Origin: Candidatus Eiseniibacteriota bacterium
GTDB taxonomy: Bacteria > Eisenbacteria > RBG-16-71-46
Assembly (NCBI GenBank): GCA_963744995.1
Contig: CAVUWA010000011.1
Location: 352,001-416,000 of the forward strand
Reading direction: 5' to 3'
Length of the DNA stretch: 64,000 bases
Made by a program: the position numbers and the translations under genes. Positions 45,835 to 55,868 of this stretch are shown here, one piece after another (position 1 is the stretch's first letter; each line of letters starts with the position of its first letter). The notes beneath the pieces were generated by a model, which was not told where the DNA came from, ran no database searches, and saw only the letters and a program-made list of their open reading frames with translations.

Positions 45835-47552
45835 TTCGCCTCGGCCTGGATTTCGAGGCGCGGGAACAGGCTTTCACGCTCGCCAAGCCGCCGTGGCGGT
45901 GACGGGGCCCCGAACCGGGGCCGCGCCGCATCGCCGCGCTGGTCCGCGGGCGTGCCCGCGAGCGCGAGCATGCGCCAGAGAGCTTCGCTCCTGGTCGGAA
46001 TCGCGGGCCACGACCAGATGGCGACGAGGCGCAGCGTTTCGACGAGGGCGTTGAGCGCGGTCGCCAGCTCGGCGCGACGCGACGCGTCCTTCGCCAGCGC
46101 CCAGGGTTTCACGCGCTCGATGAACTCGTTCGCGCGCTCGACGGGCTTCCATGCTTCGGCGAGCGCTTCATGGATCCTGAGATCCCGGAAGCCCCGGGGC
46201 ACGGTGCGCGACGATTCGTCGGCTGCGGCGATCAGCGCATCGAGCGCCGCGCGCGCGTCGGGGTCGGCGAGCGACGCCGGGTCGAACGTATCGGGCGTCC
46301 GGCCTTCGAAGTACTTGTGCACCATCTGCACGGTGCGGCTCGCGAGGTTGCCGAGGTTGTTCGCGAGTTGCGTGTTGCAGTGCTCGACGAACTGCTCGAG
46401 CGTGAACTCGCCGTCGCGGCCGGTGGTGATGGCGTGCAGGATGTAGAAGCGTAGCGCGTCCACGCCGTAGAGGGCGCCCATCTCGACCGGGTCGATGCGC
46501 GTGCCGAGCGACTTGGAGAGCTTCTCGCCCTTCGCGAGGATGAAGCCGTGCACGTAGACCTGGCGCGGCAGCGGCGCGCCGGCGGCGAGCAGCACGGTCG
46601 GCCAGATGATGCAATGGAAGCGGCTGATGTCCTTGCCGATCAGGTGGAACGCGTTGGTGACGCGCGGCGGCGACGCGGGGGTCCACGGTTCGCCGGGCGC
46701 GCCTTTGCCCTGCAGCGCGGCGAACTCGTCCTCGCGCGCGGCGCCGGGTCCGCCGGCCTCGCCCGCGGGCGCGAGCCACCAGTCGGTGTGGCGCGGGTCG
46801 GGCCAGCCGATCGCGGTCAGGTAGTTGAGCAGCGCGTCGCCCCAGACGTACGCGGTGTGGCCCTCGTCGCCGATGACGTCGGCCGGCAGCACCACGCCCC
46901 ACGGCACGTTGCGGCGCGTCATGCTGACGTCCAGCAGACCGCCCCTGATGACGTTCACCACCTCGTTGCGGCGGTAGTCGGGCTGGATGAACTCCGGATG
47001 CTTCTCGATGTGCGCGAGCAACGCGTCGTCGTACTCCGACATGCGCAGGAACCAGTTGGTCTCGTGCACCTTCTTCACCGGGCGGAGGTGGATCGGACAG
47101 CGGCCCTGTTCGTCGAGGTCCTTCTCCTGCTTGAATTCTTCGCAGCCGTCGCAGTAGAGCCCTTCGTAGTCCTTCTCGAACAGCGCCGGCCGGCCGGTCT
47201 TCGGGCTCTTCGCCTTCTTGAGCCGCCGGTAGAGCTCGCGCACCGCCTCCTCGTGCGCGGGGTCGGTGGTGCGGATGAAGCGGTCGTACTCCACGCGCAG
47301 CTCGCGCCAGGCGTCCTTGAAGCGCTCCGCGATCTGCTTCACGAACGCCGCCGGCTCTTCGCCCGCGGCCGCCGCGGCCTGCGCGATCTTCTGGCCGTGC
47401 TCGTCGGTGCCGGTCAGGTAGAACGTGTCATGGCCCTGCTGGCGGTGAAAGCGCGCGAGCGCGTCGGCCAGCACCTTCTCGTAGGCGTGGCCCAGATGCG
47501 GCGGGCCGTTGGCGTAGTCGATCGCGGTGGTGATGTAGAAGCGCTCGGACAA
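45831..47552 (-). CDS. metG: Methionyl-tRNA synthetase (short form)
   Basis: YITTAIDYANG, HLGH, TGTDEHG, Zn knuckle CxxC..CPxH, IGKDI, KLSKS; TTG start after AAAGGGGG. Confidence 0.96.
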   Translation of the reverse strand: MSERFYITTAIDYANGPPHLGHAYEKVLADALARFHRQQGHDTFYLTGTDEHGQKIAQAAAAAGEEPAAFVKQIAERFKDAWRELRVEYDRFIRTTDPAHEEAVRELYRRLKKAKSPKTGRPALFEKDYEGLYCDGCEEFKQEKDLDEQGRCPIHLRPVKKVHETNWFLRMSEYDDALLAHIEKHPEFIQPDYRRNEVVNVIRGGLLDVSMTRRNVPWGVVLPADVIGDEGHTAYVWGDALLNYLTAIGWPDPRHTDWWLAPAGEAGGPGAAREDEFAALQGKGAPGEPWTPASPPRVTNAFHLIGKDISRFHCIIWPTVLLAAGAPLPRQVYVHGFILAKGEKLSKSLGTRIDPVEMGALYGVDALRFYILHAITTGRDGEFTLEQFVEHCNTQLANNLGNLASRTVQMVHKYFEGRTPDTFDPASLADPDARAALDALIAAADESSRTVPRGFRDLRIHEALAEAWKPVERANEFIERVKPWALAKDASRRAELATALNALVETLRLVAIWSWPAIPTRSEALWRMLALAGTPADQRGDAARPRFGAPSPPRRLGERESLFPRLEIQAEAK

Positions 47553-47625
47553 GAAGCCCCCTTTGAAGCTGAGCAGTATAGGCGGTTTGTCCAGTGCATG
47601 CGGCCGCCGGGGCCGCCTCACAGCA

Positions 47626-47657
47626 GGACGGCCCCCTCGAAGAAGAGGGGGCCGTCC
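47626..47657 (-). terminator. 13-bp stem-loop downstream of the large secreted gene
   Basis: GGACGGCCCCCTC-gaagaa-GAGGGGGCCGTCC. Confidence 0.6.
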
Positions 47658-47679
47658 GGGCTGCGCGGATCGTTCGATC

Positions 47680-50600
47680 TCAGCGCAGCAGCACCACCCG
47701 GGAGGTCCGGAACGGCTCCGATCCGATCCGATAGCGAATGAAGTAGATGCCGGGCCGGACGCCGGTGAGGCGCATGGTCTGCCGGTGGTTCCCGGCGGCC
47801 AGGCCGACCTTCATGCCCTCGGCGACCCGGCGGCCGGCGACGTCGACCAGGTGCGCTTCGAACGTCGCGTCCCTGGGCAGCCGGAGATCGAAGGCGATGG
47901 TTTCGCCGGACGTGAGCGGGTTGGGGGTCTGCAGCGTGATCGCAGGAAGGATCGGACAGGGATCGCAGGGATCGCACGGCTGACAGGGCGCCCCCCCGCC
48001 TCCCTGCGGCGGAGCCACGACGCGCACGCCGCCCGCCGCCGGCAGGCCGTAGGCGATCCACCGGGAGGTGGTGCCGTTGTATCCCACCTGGATCGGTCCG
48101 ACTGCGTCGCTGACCGCTTCCACCGGGAGGACGTTCCAGTTCGCCCCGCTCTGCATCGCCTGCCTCGCGAGACCGTTGCCCGTGTACGCGATCGTGGCAT
48201 TGGATCCGTTCCAGGTCATGGCGACGCCGTCGATGGTGCCCGGCGTCGCGTCGACCGTGACGGGCGCCTGCCAGCTCGTGTCGTACTGGCGATAGAACAG
48301 CGTGGTGGATCCGTCGGAACCCGTGACCTCCGAGTATGCGATCCGGGGCTTTCCGGCCGAATCCAGCAGCAGCGCCACGTGTTCGAAGTTTCCGGTCATC
48401 GAAAGCGAGACTGTCTCGGACGACACGAAGTACTTCATCACGCGGATCGCCTTCGTGGCGCCGGCGTCCTCCACGAACGCCACCCACAGCACCCCGGAGG
48501 GGTCGACGGCGGCCGAGATCGAGCGGGGGTTGGAGGCGCTGCGCAGGCCCCCCCACGGGACCGGAATCAGGTCGTAGGCGCCACGGTAGTGGATCTTCAG
48601 TTGTCCCCCGCCCGCCGGCCCGGCGTTGAAGATGATGTACTGGTCCCCGTTCGGGGCCAGGAACGATTCGAGAATCGACGCCGTGTTCGACGGGAGCCCG
48701 CCGGTCGTGGCGGTCGCGCCCGTGTCGTACAGGGGCATCTCGACCCAGCTCCCGCCGAATCGGAACGCGTCGACCGCCATACCGCTTTCGACCTTGAAGT
48801 ACGCGACGTGGTCCTGGCCCATTACGTCCACGAGCGGTCGCGGCCACTGCACGACCCACGGATAAACCTCCTCCACGGTCCACTCGCTGCCGTTGTACTT
48901 GGCCAGCATCGGCTGTCCATACGCGCCTCGATAGGCGAGCACGTGCTGTCCGCTGGACCGGATCACGAGCGCCGGCTGCGAGATTCGTTCCGAAGGCCCC
49001 ACCAGCTGGAAGGTCGATGTCTGCTGGTTGAACGTGGCCGTCGAGATCACCTGGTCGTGGACGACGGAGCGGCTGACACCGTCGGTGCCCAGCGAGCGAA
49101 CGACCAGGCGCGCCCGGTTGCTGCCGATGTTCGGCATCGTGATGAGGGCCTGGCCCCCGAGCACGCCGCTGGCCGCGACGGCATGAGGTCCGCTGATGTC
49201 CGTGGTGCCGAACTGCGGATCAGGGTAGATCTCGACGTCCGCGGGCGAGCCGAAGTCCGTCCACTGGACGCTCCGGCTCTGCCCCGGGAGCCAGCGGTCC
49301 GCTCCGGCCGAGATGCTGACCGCGTAGTCGAGCGTCGCCGTGGTCGTGAGCCGGAACAGCTGGCCTTCGCCACCGGCCAGCGAGACGGGGAACGTAGAGC
49401 CGCTGGTCACGGGGGTGTAGCTCGTTCCGCCGACGTAGCCGACGACGCTCGGCGCGCGCGTCACCGCGTAGGCCTGAGCCAGCGTGACGGTGCCGCTCGC
49501 CGGGAACAGGGACTTGTTGATGACGAGCAGATAGTACTCGTCGGGCGCCGCCTGCGGCCGAAAGATGCCCACGGCCAGGTTGTCGTTGCCGAGCGAGAGG
49601 ACCGGCATGCCGACACCGCCGGTCGAGAGCAGGTCCGTGGAGGCATCGACGTCGATGCTGCCCGTCGGGGTGGTGCTCTGGTGGAACAGGCCGAGGTGGT
49701 CGCTCGACATCACCACCGGCCCGAGAACGTTGCGCAGGTAGCGATCGATCGGCCGGACCAGGTCCGTCTTGTAGGTCGGGATCTCGCCCTCGTTCATCAT
49801 CGCGTCGTACCAGCAGAACCCCCAAGCGCAGTCGTTGCGATAGGTGAACCAGATGATTCCCTTCGCACCCGCCGCGACCGGGCCGAACGTCATGAAGCGA
49901 AGCTGGTTGGCATCCGGAGGCAGCGAGCTGCTGCCGACGATGCCCTCGTCCATCTTGCTGATGATCCAGAAGGGGCGCGATCCCAGCGCCTGACGCAGCA
50001 GCTTCATCGGGCGGAAGTAGTTTCCCGTGGTGTAGGGGGTGCTGGTGTTGAACGGGTACAGATCCGTTCCCGACACGTCCGGCCGGCGATTCGGGTCGGG
50101 GTCGTTGAGCACGCTGTCGAGATAGGCCGGGTAGCAGTTCGGATCGCCGGGATTGTTGCAGCCGGAATGCATGTTGACGTAGACGGCCCTGTAGCGACCG
50201 TCGTTGCGGGCGACGTCCTCGTCGTGCATCGCCCCGGTCCAGTCCTTGATGTCATTCCAGGTGTCGGGTGAATCGAAGAGCGGCTCGTCCCAGAGCATGT
50301 AGCCCTCGAGCGCGGCGTTGCGCTCGGGCGAGAGACTCCGGTAGTTGACGAACACGGCCTCGCCGGCGGAAGGCGTGTACGGCCTGCGGTACGCCTGCTG
50401 ACCCGAGAAGCTCCCATCGCTCGCGAGCGCCACCATTCCCGTTGCCGCAGCGGCGTCGAGCTTGGGATACAGGCCCGCCCCACCCGAGATCGGGACGCCG
50501 GTCATCAGATTGATGTGCAGGGCCGCGGCGTTCTGCGCGGGCGAGAGCACGCCGTCGGGCGTGTGGGGGTCCACGAAGGTTCCGATCATGAATTGCGTCT

Positions 50601-50763
50601 GCGTCCAGGCACCCTGCGCCTGCGCGAGCGGCGTGCGAGCGCCCGCCAGCATGGAAGCGACGAACAGCGTGAGGATCAACGAGCGAAAAAACCGTCCTCC
50701 GGTGCCGGCCCGATCCGTCGGAGATGTGGGAGCGGGCAGCGGCGCACCAAACAGGGGGGTCAT
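47680..50763 (-). CDS. Large secreted multidomain protein (glycoside-hydrolase-like barrel, Ig-like, propeller-like, T9SS/FlgD-like CTD)
   Basis: GAGGAG RBS; signal peptide; LWDEP and DLYPF motifs; C-terminal PNP...VDVAGRRV...PGIYFIR...RVVLLR. Confidence 0.75.
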   Translation of the reverse strand: MTPLFGAPLPAPTSPTDRAGTGGRFFRSLILTLFVASMLAGARTPLAQAQGAWTQTQFMIGTFVDPHTPDGVLSPAQNAAALHINLMTGVPISGGAGLYPKLDAAAATGMVALASDGSFSGQQAYRRPYTPSAGEAVFVNYRSLSPERNAALEGYMLWDEPLFDSPDTWNDIKDWTGAMHDEDVARNDGRYRAVYVNMHSGCNNPGDPNCYPAYLDSVLNDPDPNRRPDVSGTDLYPFNTSTPYTTGNYFRPMKLLRQALGSRPFWIISKMDEGIVGSSSLPPDANQLRFMTFGPVAAGAKGIIWFTYRNDCAWGFCWYDAMMNEGEIPTYKTDLVRPIDRYLRNVLGPVVMSSDHLGLFHQSTTPTGSIDVDASTDLLSTGGVGMPVLSLGNDNLAVGIFRPQAAPDEYYLLVINKSLFPASGTVTLAQAYAVTRAPSVVGYVGGTSYTPVTSGSTFPVSLAGGEGQLFRLTTTATLDYAVSISAGADRWLPGQSRSVQWTDFGSPADVEIYPDPQFGTTDISGPHAVAASGVLGGQALITMPNIGSNRARLVVRSLGTDGVSRSVVHDQVISTATFNQQTSTFQLVGPSERISQPALVIRSSGQHVLAYRGAYGQPMLAKYNGSEWTVEEVYPWVVQWPRPLVDVMGQDHVAYFKVESGMAVDAFRFGGSWVEMPLYDTGATATTGGLPSNTASILESFLAPNGDQYIIFNAGPAGGGQLKIHYRGAYDLIPVPWGGLRSASNPRSISAAVDPSGVLWVAFVEDAGATKAIRVMKYFVSSETVSLSMTGNFEHVALLLDSAGKPRIAYSEVTGSDGSTTLFYRQYDTSWQAPVTVDATPGTIDGVAMTWNGSNATIAYTGNGLARQAMQSGANWNVLPVEAVSDAVGPIQVGYNGTTSRWIAYGLPAAGGVRVVAPPQGGGGAPCQPCDPCDPCPILPAITLQTPNPLTSGETIAFDLRLPRDATFEAHLVDVAGRRVAEGMKVGLAAGNHRQTMRLTGVRPGIYFIRYRIGSEPFRTSRVVLLR

Positions 50764-50933
50764 GGCGCTTCTCCTCGTGGTTGAGTGGCGACCAAGCAGG
50801 ATTAAATCCTGCTAAGCCAACTTGCAACCGTCATCGCACACATCACGACAACAGGAGGAGATTAGGACCCCATCCAGAAATAAATCTCAAGCGGTTTGTT
50901 GGATGAAATGAGCCGTGGCGACCAACGGACCAT

Positions 50934-51791
50934 TCAAGCCTGCCCCTTGCCCTTCTTCTTCCCGCAGTTGCAGTCGCCGCACTTGTGGTACGGCCCCGGC
51001 GGCAGGTCGGCGTAGGCCACCCGGTGCACGCCACCCTCGTCGTCCCTGATCCATACCGCGTCCTGGTAGAACTCCGTGCGGATCACCGTGCACACGCCCT
51101 GGCCGGTCTTGAGCTTGGCCCCGACCGGCGGCATTTTCTCGGCGGAGTCACGATACAGGCTCAGCTCGTAGGAAAGACAGCACATCAGCCGCCCGCAGGC
51201 GCCCGAGATTTTGCTCGGGTTGAGCGACAGCTGCTGCTCGCGCGCCATCTTGAGCGTCACCGGATGGAAGTCCTGCAGCCAGGTCGAGCAGCAGAACGCG
51301 CGCCCGCACGGGCCGCAGCCGTCGAGCCGCTTGGCCTGGTCGCGGACGCCGATCTGGCGCAGCTCGATGCGGCACTGGAAACGCGAGGCCAGGTCCTTCA
51401 CCAGCTCGCGGAAGTCCACGCGCCGCTCGGCCGAGAAGTAGATCGTGAGCCGGCGGCCGTTGAATCCCATCTCGGCCTCGACCAGCTCCATCTTCAGCTC
51501 GCGCAACTCGATCCGTTCCCGGCAGTAGACCAGGGCGTCCTTCTCGATCCGCCGGTTCCGGTCGTCCTGATCGAGGTCCTCCTCGGTGGCCTTGCGCAGG
51601 ATTTCGCGCGTCACGTTGCCGGGACGCTTGAGCTCGACCAGCTTCGGGTCCTTGAGGTGCACGCGGCCGAACTGTTCGCCGTGCTCGTTCTGGAGGATGA
51701 CCGGGTCGCGCAGGCGCAGCCACAGGCTGCGCGAGTTCAGGTAGAAGCCCTTCTGCGACCCGCGCAGGGCGACCTGAATGATCTCTGCCAT
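50934..51791 (-). CDS. ricT: PSP1/YaaT (RicT) family protein
   Basis: RVDFRELVKDL, RIELRQIGVRD, GCGPCGRAFCC, KISGACGRLMCCL. Confidence 0.93.
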   Translation of the reverse strand: MAEIIQVALRGSQKGFYLNSRSLWLRLRDPVILQNEHGEQFGRVHLKDPKLVELKRPGNVTREILRKATEEDLDQDDRNRRIEKDALVYCRERIELRELKMELVEAEMGFNGRRLTIYFSAERRVDFRELVKDLASRFQCRIELRQIGVRDQAKRLDGCGPCGRAFCCSTWLQDFHPVTLKMAREQQLSLNPSKISGACGRLMCCLSYELSLYRDSAEKMPPVGAKLKTGQGVCTVIRTEFYQDAVWIRDDEGGVHRVAYADLPPGPYHKCGDCNCGKKKGKGQA

Positions 51792-52139
51792 GGGACACCT
51801 GTATGCGCGGTCGTGGCGCCGCGCGGACGCCGGCGGGGGCCGGCGATTCTGAGACGGAGACGATCCGGTCCCGGGTGCCGTGGGAAGCGAGGGTGCGAAG
51901 CGGGCACGCGGTCCGGCTATGAGCAGCCCCGGCGCTCCGGCGCCGATCGGCGTCGCGAGATCCATCCGGGGTCGGAATCGGCCCAAGGATAGCGCAGGGG
52001 GGGTGGGATTTCAGCCGGGGGCGGGTGGCCCCGGGGCCACCTGCGCCCGGCGGCCCCGGCGGGTGGCCCGTCCCGGGGCGGAATCGCGCCTTTGCCGGCA
52101 GGCCCCCCCGCACCGAGAGGCCGCCACTCCGGAGGCGCC

Positions 52140-52922
52140 ATGAACGCCCGGTTCGCATGTCTCGGCCTGATCGGCGCCCTGATGCCGGTCGCCGTGGAGG
52201 TTCCGGTGGACAGCAGCGGAGGCTACGCCGGGGTCACCCGCGTCCACGTGGCCGGCGGCGGCGGCTCGTACGCTTTCGTCGCGCGCGGCTGCGAGGGAGA
52301 GGTCATCGACACCGTCCCCGCGCGGTTCGAGGACGTGGGCGTCTCGCTCGAGCATCGCATCGGCGAGGGGCCGCTCGTGCTCGGCGTGCGCGGCGGGCGG
52401 GTCCGGCATCGGATCGGCATGCCGGAGGACACGTCCCGCTTCCAGGGGGTGCCCGTGGATGCCGTCGTCGACAACGCCTACGTCAATCCGTACGCCTCGA
52501 TCGAGCGCCCGGAAGGCGGATTCGGAGTCGGCTGGGTCTTCCATCGGAACGAGTTCATCACCGCCGGCGAGCACGCGCGCGAGCAGCTGGATCATCCGAT
52601 GAACGACCTGAGCGCGCACCTGCGCGTCGGGTACCCGCGGGCGAACCACTTCGACATTCAATGGATGGAGGGCGTTCCGCTGGCCTCCAGCGGCGGATAC
52701 TTCACCGCGCTGCTGGGCGGCCCGCTGCGTGACGATCCGCACTGGATCATGCACGGCGGCCTGGGGGCGGGAGGCCCGTACGAGGGCGCCGGGCTGGCGC
52801 TGCGGATCGAGCACCTCGACGACAGCGGGCTGTCGCTCGACGTTTCGACCCGGCTCGGCCACAGCGGCAATCGCGCTCAGTGGGGCGCGGCGCTCGGCGT
52901 TTCGTATACAGTGCGCCCATGA
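52140..52922 (+). CDS. Hypothetical exported/outer-membrane protein
   Basis: GGAGG RBS; Gly-rich beta strands; ends LGVSYTVRP; ATGA overlap with the next gene. Confidence 0.65.
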   Translation: MNARFACLGLIGALMPVAVEVPVDSSGGYAGVTRVHVAGGGGSYAFVARGCEGEVIDTVPARFEDVGVSLEHRIGEGPLVLGVRGGRVRHRIGMPEDTSRFQGVPVDAVVDNAYVNPYASIERPEGGFGVGWVFHRNEFITAGEHAREQLDHPMNDLSAHLRVGYPRANHFDIQWMEGVPLASSGGYFTALLGGPLRDDPHWIMHGGLGAGGPYEGAGLALRIEHLDDSGLSLDVSTRLGHSGNRAQWGAALGVSYTVRP

Positions 52923-53992
52923 GCGATCGCCTCGACGCATTCGTCCGTGATGCGCTGGCGCGCGGCGCGACCCGTGAGCAGATTCGGGACGCGCTCGGCG
53001 CCGCCGGCTGGCCCGCGGCCGAGATCGAGGCTGCGCTCGCCGCGTGGCACGACACCACGTTCGGCGTGCCCGCGCCAAAGCGCCGCGTGCAGACCAGCGC
53101 GCGCGAGGCGTTCCTGTATCTCGTCATGTTCGCCACGCTGTACGTGGTGGCGTTCCACGTCGGCGCGCTGCTGTTCACCGGGATCGAGCGGTGGTTCCCG
53201 GATCCGGCCTTCTATGCGCGCTGGTCTGCGGGACTCCAGGGGGTGCGCGCGTCGACCGCGGCGTTGCTGATCGCTTTCCCGGTGTTCGCGCTGGTCGCGC
53301 GCCACATCGGCGGGCTGATTGCGCGCGAGCCCGAGAAGCGCGCCTCGGGCATCCGGCGCTGGCTCACCTGGCTCACGCTGTTCCTCGCCGCGCTGGTGCT
53401 GATCGGGGATCTGGTCGTGGTCGTCACCCAGCTGCTGTCGGGCGAGCTGGCGGCGCGCTTCGTGCTGAAGTGCGCGGTGGTCTTCGCGATCGCCGGCATG
53501 GTATTCGGCCACTACTTCGCGCGCATGCGCAGCGACGAGGCCGAGGGGCCGCCGCCCGCGCCGTGGACGGGCTGGATCGCGCGGGCGGCCGCCGTCGCGG
53601 TGCCGCTGGTGGCGGTGCTGGGCCTGTGGATGGCGGGCTCGCCGGTGGTGGCGCGCTCGTACGCGATCGACGACCGTCGCGCGCAGGAGCTCCAGGAGAT
53701 CCAGAACGCCGTGAACCGGCACTACTCCGATTTCGGCGTTCTTCCGGACAGTCTGGGCACGCTACGCGGCCCGAACCCCGGAACCCGCGTGCCCGATCTG
53801 CGCGATCCGGTGACGGGCGCGCCGTACGAATATCGCGTGCTCGAACCGCGGCATTACGAACTGTGCGCGACGTTCGAGCGAAAGTCGTCGGAGGACGAGG
53901 CCCGCGCCCGCGGCGTGTACGGCGACTTCTGGCGCCATCCGGCGGGACGTGCGTGCTATACGATCGTCGTGCCGGAGAAGCCGCGGCCGTAG
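52919..53992 (+). CDS. DUF5671-family membrane protein
   Basis: AREAFLYL, IRRWLTWLTLF, DPVTGAPYEY, YELCATF. Confidence 0.8.
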   Translation: MSDRLDAFVRDALARGATREQIRDALGAAGWPAAEIEAALAAWHDTTFGVPAPKRRVQTSAREAFLYLVMFATLYVVAFHVGALLFTGIERWFPDPAFYARWSAGLQGVRASTAALLIAFPVFALVARHIGGLIAREPEKRASGIRRWLTWLTLFLAALVLIGDLVVVVTQLLSGELAARFVLKCAVVFAIAGMVFGHYFARMRSDEAEGPPPAPWTGWIARAAAVAVPLVAVLGLWMAGSPVVARSYAIDDRRAQELQEIQNAVNRHYSDFGVLPDSLGTLRGPNPGTRVPDLRDPVTGAPYEYRVLEPRHYELCATFERKSSEDEARARGVYGDFWRHPAGRACYTIVVPEKPRP

Positions 53993-54048
53993 CCATGCAT
54001 CGCAGCGCGGGGTCGGGGCTTCACGCCCGTCCCGCGCCCGCGGGTCGC

Positions 54049-54645
54049 CTATCGAAGACGCCGCGGCGTCCCCACCAGCCCGTCCAGCTCCGCCGTCAGG
54101 CTCTGCTCCGTCTCGTCCGACGCGCCCGAGTTCGCGTAGCGGATCCGGCCGTCGGCGTCGACCACCATCACGGTCGGATAGATCTGGATCTGGTGCGCGC
54201 GCACGATGGTGCTGTCGGCGTCGGGGATCACCGTCAGGTCGAAGTGGCGCTGCGCCATGAAGCGGCGCACGTACTCGACCTGACGCTCGCGCGGGCGGAT
54301 CGATTCGACGTTCACCGTGACGAACCGCACGGGGCGCCCGGCGTAGCGTTGCTCGAGCCTCTGCAGCCGCGACAGCCATGCGACGCACGGCGGGCACCAC
54401 GTGCCCCAGAAGTCGAGCACGACGACCTCGCCGCGCATCGCGCGCATCGACAGGGTGTCGCCGTCGAGCGTGACGGCGGTCCAGTCGGGCGCGTCGGGGG
54501 GCAGCAACGGCGCGCGGTGCGCGGGGTTCCACAGCGAGCGCGCCTGCGGTTCGAGGGTCGCGTGCTGCGCGCGACGCCCGGACGTTGCCGCGCGGGCCTG
54601 CGGCGCGAGCACGGCGAGCGCGGCGACGATCAGAAGGGTGCGCAC
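54049..54645 (-). CDS. TlpA-family thiol:disulfide oxidoreductase
   Basis: Signal peptide; VVLDFWGTWCPPC; YPT..VVD. Confidence 0.9.
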   Translation of the reverse strand: MRTLLIVAALAVLAPQARAATSGRRAQHATLEPQARSLWNPAHRAPLLPPDAPDWTAVTLDGDTLSMRAMRGEVVVLDFWGTWCPPCVAWLSRLQRLEQRYAGRPVRFVTVNVESIRPRERQVEYVRRFMAQRHFDLTVIPDADSTIVRAHQIQIYPTVMVVDADGRIRYANSGASDETEQSLTAELDGLVGTPRRLR

Positions 54646-54656
54646 GGCAGAACGTC

Positions 54657-55868
54657 TCAGTACGACCACCTCGCCGTCGAATGTTTCGGCCAGTCCAGTT
54701 CGTCGAAGCGCGTGCCGGCGACGCGCGACATGCCGGAGAACAGCGCCAGCTCGGGCGTCACGTTGCCGTCGATCGCGCGCACCATCTCCTCCAGCACCAT
54801 CAGGCGGCGGCGGATCTCCCCGGGGCTCAGGCGCTCGGCCTGGCGGCGGACCTCGGCCTCGCGGTCGCGGTTGACGAGCGACTCGCGCGGCGCGCCGCAG
54901 CTCGCGCGCAGCAGGTCGCGCAGCCAGAGCTGCTGGAACTCGACCATCTGTCGAAGCGTCTCGCGGCCGGCCCGGCCGAAGCGGGTGAACGACTGCGCCG
55001 CCTTCCAGAGCGCCGCGGTCTCGCCGCGCGCCGCGGGCTCGAGCATCGCGAGCGACTGGTTGCGGATCTCGATGGGATCCTCGTCGCGCAGCGCGAGCGC
55101 CTTCGCCAGCGAGCCCGCCGAGAGCGCCGCCAGCATGCGTGCCTCCCTGCCCGGCACGCCGACCTGCGATTGCAGGAACTCGATCACCAGATCCTCGGCG
55201 AGCGGCGCGAAGCGCACGCCCTGACAGCGCGAGCGAATGGTCGCCGGGATGCGCGCGAGCCGCGCGCTGGTGAGGACCCACACCGTGGTGTCGCCGGGCT
55301 CCTCGATCGACTTGAGCATCGCCGAATACTGATCCTCGCGCATGCGGTCGGCGTCGCGCACCACGACGACGCGGTGCTCGGCCTCGAACGGCTTGTAGGC
55401 CAGCTCGCGCAGCAGCTCGCGCGTGAGCGACAGGCGGATCGAGGCGGCGCGCTCGTAGGTGAAGACGAAGAACGGATCCTCACGCCACGCGGCGATGGTC
55501 TCGGCCACGGTGTTGTCGAGCTGGCGCTCTTCGCCCGACACGGGGAACAGGAACTTCAGGTCCGGGTGCTGCAGCGCCGCCGCCTTGGCGCACGCCTCGC
55601 AGTGGTCGCAGGCGTCGTCGGCGCCTCGTGCGGCCCCCGCGGCCGCATCGGCGCCGGCCTCGAACAGGCCCGGGGCGTTCGTTTTCGCCTTCGCGGCGCT
55701 GTGACACAGGATCGCGCGCGCGAACGCCAGCGCGGCGGTGCCCTTGCCGACACCCGGTGCGCCATGGAACAGGTAGGCGTTGGCGTAACGGCCGCGGGCC
55801 ACCACGCCGCGCAGGAATTCGGATGCGCGCGGCTGGCCGAGGAGTTCGTGCAGGGTGCAGGCGGGCAT
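54657..55868 (-). CDS. holB: DNA polymerase III delta' subunit
   Basis: AYLFHGAPGVGK, CDHCEAC, HPD, LKSIEEP, TIRSRC. Confidence 0.92.
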   Translation of the reverse strand: MPACTLHELLGQPRASEFLRGVVARGRYANAYLFHGAPGVGKGTAALAFARAILCHSAAKAKTNAPGLFEAGADAAAGAARGADDACDHCEACAKAAALQHPDLKFLFPVSGEERQLDNTVAETIAAWREDPFFVFTYERAASIRLSLTRELLRELAYKPFEAEHRVVVVRDADRMREDQYSAMLKSIEEPGDTTVWVLTSARLARIPATIRSRCQGVRFAPLAEDLVIEFLQSQVGVPGREARMLAALSAGSLAKALALRDEDPIEIRNQSLAMLEPAARGETAALWKAAQSFTRFGRAGRETLRQMVEFQQLWLRDLLRASCGAPRESLVNRDREAEVRRQAERLSPGEIRRRLMVLEEMVRAIDGNVTPELALFSGMSRVAGTRFDELDWPKHSTARWSY

